Assembly (NCBI GenBank): GCA_026026165.1
Contig: JAPEUD010000007.1
Location: forward strand, 186,001-250,000
Length of the DNA stretch: 64,000 bases
Source: Sarea resinae
Taxonomy: Eukaryota
Direction of reading: 5' to 3'
Below the pieces are notes generated by a model, which was not told the origin of the DNA, did not search any database, and worked only from the letters and a program-made list of their open reading frames with translations. A program made the position numbers and the translations under genes. Below are positions 58,771 to 64,000 of the stretch, one piece after another. Position 1 is the stretch's first letter. Each line of letters begins with the position of its first letter.

Positions 58771-61700
58771 CGGGGTCCCGTATATGAAGCGTCTGAGATG
58801 CCGCTCGAGATATCGATGAATAGAAGCAGGGCTTAATCTAATACGCTCAGTCTTAGACAGCAAGAATCTGGCGTAGCTAAAGATGGTCACTAGGACCGTT
58901 CGAGGGATGATGCAGGATATGTCGTAAGGAGCCGACTATTGTTGATATCCCCTTCTGGCTGGCTACCGTTCAGACAATTGTCGTAGTTGGCCGTTCAGGA
59001 TGTCCGTCCACTTACTCGCTCGGATGACGATAGCGTTCCGTTTCGGGAATGGCCGCGCGAAGCGAGGACAGAGCCTCAATTGGGTAACTTGTTGATGTTT
59101 GCATTGTTTGCATGCTTGCGCTACTGTTTTGCACTGCCGTTTCTGCCGTTTGCTCGGTTTGCACCAACGTCAGAAGGGCCCGTTCAAAGGATGAGCCCTT
59201 GAAGTCCACCTCAGGTGTGAAAAGCTCGTCTTGTTTGGTCCTTTCCATGCTGACGAAAGCAGCCGGGTGAAGGTCGAATCATCCTTGCTTATCTCATTAG
59301 GTGGTCACTCTCCGCATGAGTAGGTGGAAGATGGAGTCTTGCAAGTACAGTTTGGCTCTGCTCATAATCCATTTCAATTGCTTCTGCAGCGAATGACGTC
59401 GGTTCCCCTAGGGACTAAAATCCCCATGCTTAGATTGCTATCTGGAAAATCCAGCCATAAGGTATCCTACAGCTGGCGTTTTCTTTCCGACTCTTTGTCG
59501 GTGTCTGTTATCTTCTACAAATCGAGCGAAGAGCTTTCAAGCAAGAGAAAAGTCATACAAGATTTCGCTTCCTCTTATCTCAACCCCATACTCGCCATCC
59601 TACGTCAACGTCCTCGATCGAGAACAAAAGGGGTAGAAAAATCTTTTCAAAGTACCCGTAGTGTGCCTATAATGGACTCAGTATTCAGCAACCCACGACT
59701 CACCATCTGCGGAATCCCGACGAAAGTTTCAAGGAGACTGACTCGGGAACGCGAGGCAAACAAACGAAGGCTTTCGGGTACCCGAAGTCAGTACGGATAT
59801 CTACGTCAAGCAAGATAGATGATCCATCCCACTTGTTAGAATTTTCTTTCCAGCGATTCATGCATGCATGGCTGTCATTTTACCAGCCCTGATTCTGAGA
59901 CATACAGGCGAAGCAAAGGTTTTAAGCCCAATTCAAGAAGCGCGGAGCATGAGTAGAAGTGGCTTACGGCCGGCTGATTGCAGCCTTGTTCACTCGCTCC
60001 CGTTGCCGATCGCTCCCCCCAACCATCCTTGACACATGGAGTGGGCAAACGAGTCAAGATTAGTAACTTCAATCTCTTCAATCGCTTAAACGCCCCGGAC
60101 AGCATAGGAGAGAGACGAGAGAGAATGATGAAAAAGGTGGGTCAAATGCGTTTTAAGATCCCGTTTCCGGCTTTGATGCCCCGTGCCAAAGTAACGGTAC
60201 CTACGTGAGTGTCAGCATCTAGTATGGAAGAGCAAGCAGACACATGGTAGCTCGGCACTTCTTCGATCGTATCGTCAATATCAACTCCCGGCATCAGGCC
60301 TTGGTTCATACTCCTAGCAAAAAAATTCGAATTAGAATCCCGAATCTTCGTAAACGCTGGCTAGCTCCCGTTCTCGGCGCCTATCGGTGGTTCCGCGGAA
60401 ACGAGGCTCACTCAATTTGAATGATTGTGAAGAAGACCCAGTCGGAAGGAACTAACAGACCCAAGAGATCCCCTGACTTGGTTTCGTTCCCGTTTCGTTT
60501 CCGGCCGATTGGAAAGACAGTAGGCTGATAGTGGTTCTGTGCCCAAGGAGGCGGTCCACTTCCCGCCGTTAGCTGCAGATAGGAACCGGAGTGTAGGGAG
60601 AGAAAAGGAAGGGTCCTTGATGATCTGGTACATAGAGGGACGATCTTGTCTTTTTGGCACGACTTGATGATGATGGTGATGGTGATGATGATGATCACGG
60701 GTCCGGAGTGACCTCCGTATGTAGAGTAGAGTATCTATGAAGGAGGTTCGAGTATTCAGGCATCGATAGACCATCAGGCAATTTAAGTTTTGGTACGGGA
60801 GTTTCCAACCTGCTCGTAGAGTCGTCGAGTACTTACTCGTACCTGAGCAGGAGCTCTCTGTACGAAGTACTGCCATCTAAGGTACCCACCCATACGTGCG
60901 GTACCCGATCCAGACGCCGCCGTCGAAATGTGATCAACACGGTCAAAGCTCCCTCCTTCCATCTTGTCTCGCGTGACAATCTAATTGGAACCCTGATACT
61001 TGTTGTACAGAGTACATTATTTTACTAGAGTACGTAGTAGATAGAGTTGTAATACACTAGTGATGCTCCTCGGTCCTGGAAATTGTACTCAGATTCGTAA
61101 AGGCATCGTACCTGATGATCCCCGAATCGATGGCAATCGATTGAATTGACTTGGGCCGAGTTCTCGATCTGGGCACCACTCCTTGCGGCATCATCCGTGA
61201 AGTAGTAGTACGGAGAGTCGAGCAAGCCAACTCTTCCTCTTTCTACGCCTGTGTTGCTTTTCGCTCTGGTCAGAGATCGTGTGTCGCAAGTCTAGAAGCA
61301 GGGATAGCAATTCTCCGTCCCGCAAGCCAGTAATCGAGCAGCCCAGATAGGTAGGTAGAGCTAAGACAAATGGGATTAGGAAGCCGACTGGGCTGACCGT
61401 GGAATGCGATCTGACAGCAGAAACCCGACCCTTGCGATATTGAGAGTCTCAGAGGCCGTCCGATTATTCAGGACCCCCGGCGGGCATTACCGTGCTAGGG
61501 CGGCATTTGCTGTTTGCTCAAAGAAATCTATGGTGGGCAACGCAGGGTATCGTAGGGTAGCCACGTAAAGAAGGGCTTGTAGATCATTTTCAGATTTAAT
61601 ACCGGCTCGTCGGGTCAAGGGCATGGTATGCGCGCCAAGCCAGGCGTTTGGATAATGTCGAGAGCCTACCCCAGCGGGCGGAGTCGCGGAAAGGGTAGCC

Positions 61701-63871
61701 TAGCGCGGCGACCAGCACGGAGGATCGAAATCACATTTGTATAATGAGGCTAATGTCCCGAGTGGAGGGAGAGAGCCATTGCCGTTCTGCAGGTGTAGCG
61801 CGTCGTCACAAATTGATAGAAGAACAACACTCGTATTATGAGCAAACGACTTGTGTATTCTTATTTTACGTTTATTTACTTCCCTGATTGCGGGAAGGGC
61901 TGCAGACGGAGGCGTCTAAGATGCTGGGCGGTTTAAGATGTGATGCAAGATCGCGATGGAACCGGAATGTCGGGCCACTTCTGCACAGGCAGAGACATTG
62001 GACAGGAGCCGAGGGCGGAACGCCTCTGCCAGGAATCTGGAGCCGTATGACCCAAACCAGCCAGCGAGCTCTGCCGGAAGATCATAGGATATGGTTACGA
62101 TACCTTACCATGGATGTTGGATACCAGCAGCTGGCTCACCGCGCAGGGTGAGACTGGTCCTTCTCTTTTTCAAACTTCTTTCTCTGGGACTCTTTTTGCC
62201 CATCTTATTGTTATCTCTCTCGCTGGTCATTCGTATGTTTCGTGCGACTACAAGAGTGGACGCTAGGTTGGTACCGCCCACGGGTAGCTGAGAGATGCGG
62301 GAAGATCCTCAGGTGTCTGACACGCTGGGGTGTAATGAGTTGATCCATCGACTGTAGTAAATACCAGGGCTCCCATTATGTATTCCCTCAGCTAGCTTCA
62401 GAGAAGAGTAAGGAGTTCTCGCAGCCACAGCAACGAAGACTTCCGATCGTAAGGTTTGCCCTTTGACCGTTGGCTAGGGCCACCTCTAAGAAGAAGATCA
62501 TTAATCGTCCATCAAAGCAGCGGGTCGACTCTCACGAACCTGACGACCGTGCACAGTACTTACAAGCAAACCTAGTGCCTTGAAGCTAGGCAAGAGAGTG
62601 TATTGGGACAGATACCGTGTGGGCGCGGCCGCTTTCCGCCAAAACCGTTGCTCCATTGCCGAAAAAACGGCTCTGTCGCTCGCTCGTAAGGTGTCGATCG
62701 GCCAAAACGGCCTGTGAGTTTCTGGAAGGCCTCGAAAAGAGCGGGCCCTAAGACAATAGCATGTCCCTGACCGAGGAACATTGGGAGAGGTGAGAGAGCT
62801 TCGAAGTAACTTCGTAGTAGTCGGTCTAAGACGTACTAGGGCAAAGTCTGGACAGGTTACAGGGTGGTGCGACAAATAGAGTAAAGGCCGACAGCCACGA
62901 ACCAAGGTTGGGGGTGCCGGGGACGGACACCCGACATGAGCCTTGCTTCTAGTGGGTTTCTAGCTTGCCGCAATCTCGCGGAAGGCATCGTTGTTGGACT
63001 GTTGGTGGATGATGGAGACACGTCCGAGGTGGTTGGGACGACTGACGACGGGGCAGAGTAAATCTCAAGGTACCTACCTCCTTCAGCCGGACGGTGTTTA
63101 GAAAGAGCCAGATGATTGCTCCCTTATCGCACAGTATCGTCGTACCGTAATGGAGTAAAGAGCCCTGGAGGCGTTTTGCAAGCCGAGACCAGGCAGGTGG
63201 TATTTCTTCTCACGGAACCTCACGACTCTCTTTCTCTCTGCGCCTCATTGTCTACGTACTACACATTTCGACCACGCCATAGGCATGTTACTCATCGTCT
63301 GACCACCCACTAGCTATGTCTTCACCAGCAGCTCAGTATGATTGACTGTGTGGGCGCCAATCTCCTCTGGAAGCATGCATAGAAGATGAGCTCGCAACTT
63401 CGCCTATCTCATCAATGTATCATGTTTCCATTTGTCGGTCGCAGACCAGACGAAAAAAGCCCCATCACTTTTCCTCTCGCTGTCAGCATGCAGCCGAGAT
63501 CTGACTCAGGAATGCTGCATGATTGCCTGCAAATGCATCGATACAAAGTACATGATGCAGGTATAACCGGCGTCGCCGGCAGTGAGCTGCGATGCAGGCA
63601 GACAGGCAGATATGAGATATTCTGGCTGAAGGCGGCGGCTGGGATCATACCGCCCTTCGCATCTTTCATATAGTCAAGTCATGAGGGCCACCGCGAGACC
63701 GACAGAGCAGAATGTCACAGCAATCTGGGCTGTTTGGGTGCGTTGTCGCTTTGCAAGTGGTTCAACAATGATGTTGCGCCTAATAAAGGGACTGGAAGGT
63801 ACAGTAGTCTTCATCCTGAACTCAACTGTTGAAGTCGACGTGAAGACATTGGGGATAACTGCAGAAGTGAC

Positions 63872-64000
63872 GTAAGCTATGGGAAAGAATACTGGGCAAT
63901 CAGCTGGGCTTTCGTGTGTTTCGTTGTCATCGATTGTCCATTTTTGTTTTTGTCTTTTCTTTGCGCCTGTGCAGCCTGTAGTTCAGATCATGGAATTCCA
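63872..64000 (+). other. Probable intron and start of the next gene (truncated at window end)
   Basis: GTAAGC donor at 63872, long T-rich tract, YAG acceptors at 63974/63981/63986, ATG GAA TTC at 63990. Confidence 0.3.

Noticed and set aside
59245..59290. Hammerhead-like CTGACGA core
   Set aside because: No properly placed stem II followed by GAAA, and no supporting stems.
59895..59920. TPP riboswitch-like CTGAGACATAC
   Set aside because: It lacks the downstream CTTGAT..ATAAT..GCG core, and there is no thiamine gene nearby.
1..64000. tRNA/rRNA genes, transposons, CRISPR arrays, TGA-CTA readthrough signals
   Set aside because: By eye I found no T-loop/cloverleaf, rRNA motif, transposase/RT ORF, LTR/TIR pair or spacer array, and none of the TGA stops checked has the CTA context. 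A covariance-model scan would be needed to exclude small RNAs.

Overview
Eukaryotic DNA from a filamentous ascomycete (Pezizomycotina-type short GT-AG introns with CTRAY branch points). I reconstructed 19 protein-coding gene models by hand. In order: 3' end of a SIP3/LAM1-like gene; O-methyltransferase; membrane/coiled-coil protein with a PH-like C-terminus; DUF4097-like membrane protein; Rua1-domain regulator; DNAJC7-like TPR-J co-chaperone; DUF3074 START-like protein; conserved protein of unknown function; RBR E3 ligase; Zn2Cys6 transcription factor; TetX-like FAD monooxygenase; RPS7; dynactin p62; NDUFAF5; ARPC5; a 3-exon orphan gene; cytochrome P450; SCS3/FIT; Rab5/Vps21-type GTPase. I recognised no tRNA, rRNA, transposon, CRISPR array or secondary-metabolite backbone gene, and I cannot support a claim of a complete new biological system. 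The best leads are regulatory or splicing-related: an in-frame 222-nt exitron-like intron inside a PH-like domain (7026-7247), an ATF4/GCN4-like uORF arrangement ahead of the C6 TF, a conserved unknown protein with ~5 kb of gene-free upstream DNA, a recurrent TACTC(C)G(G)AGTA/TACTCCGTA intergenic motif, and a candidate spliced small-ORF transcript near 60 kb. All family calls come from motif recognition by eye; no searches were run.
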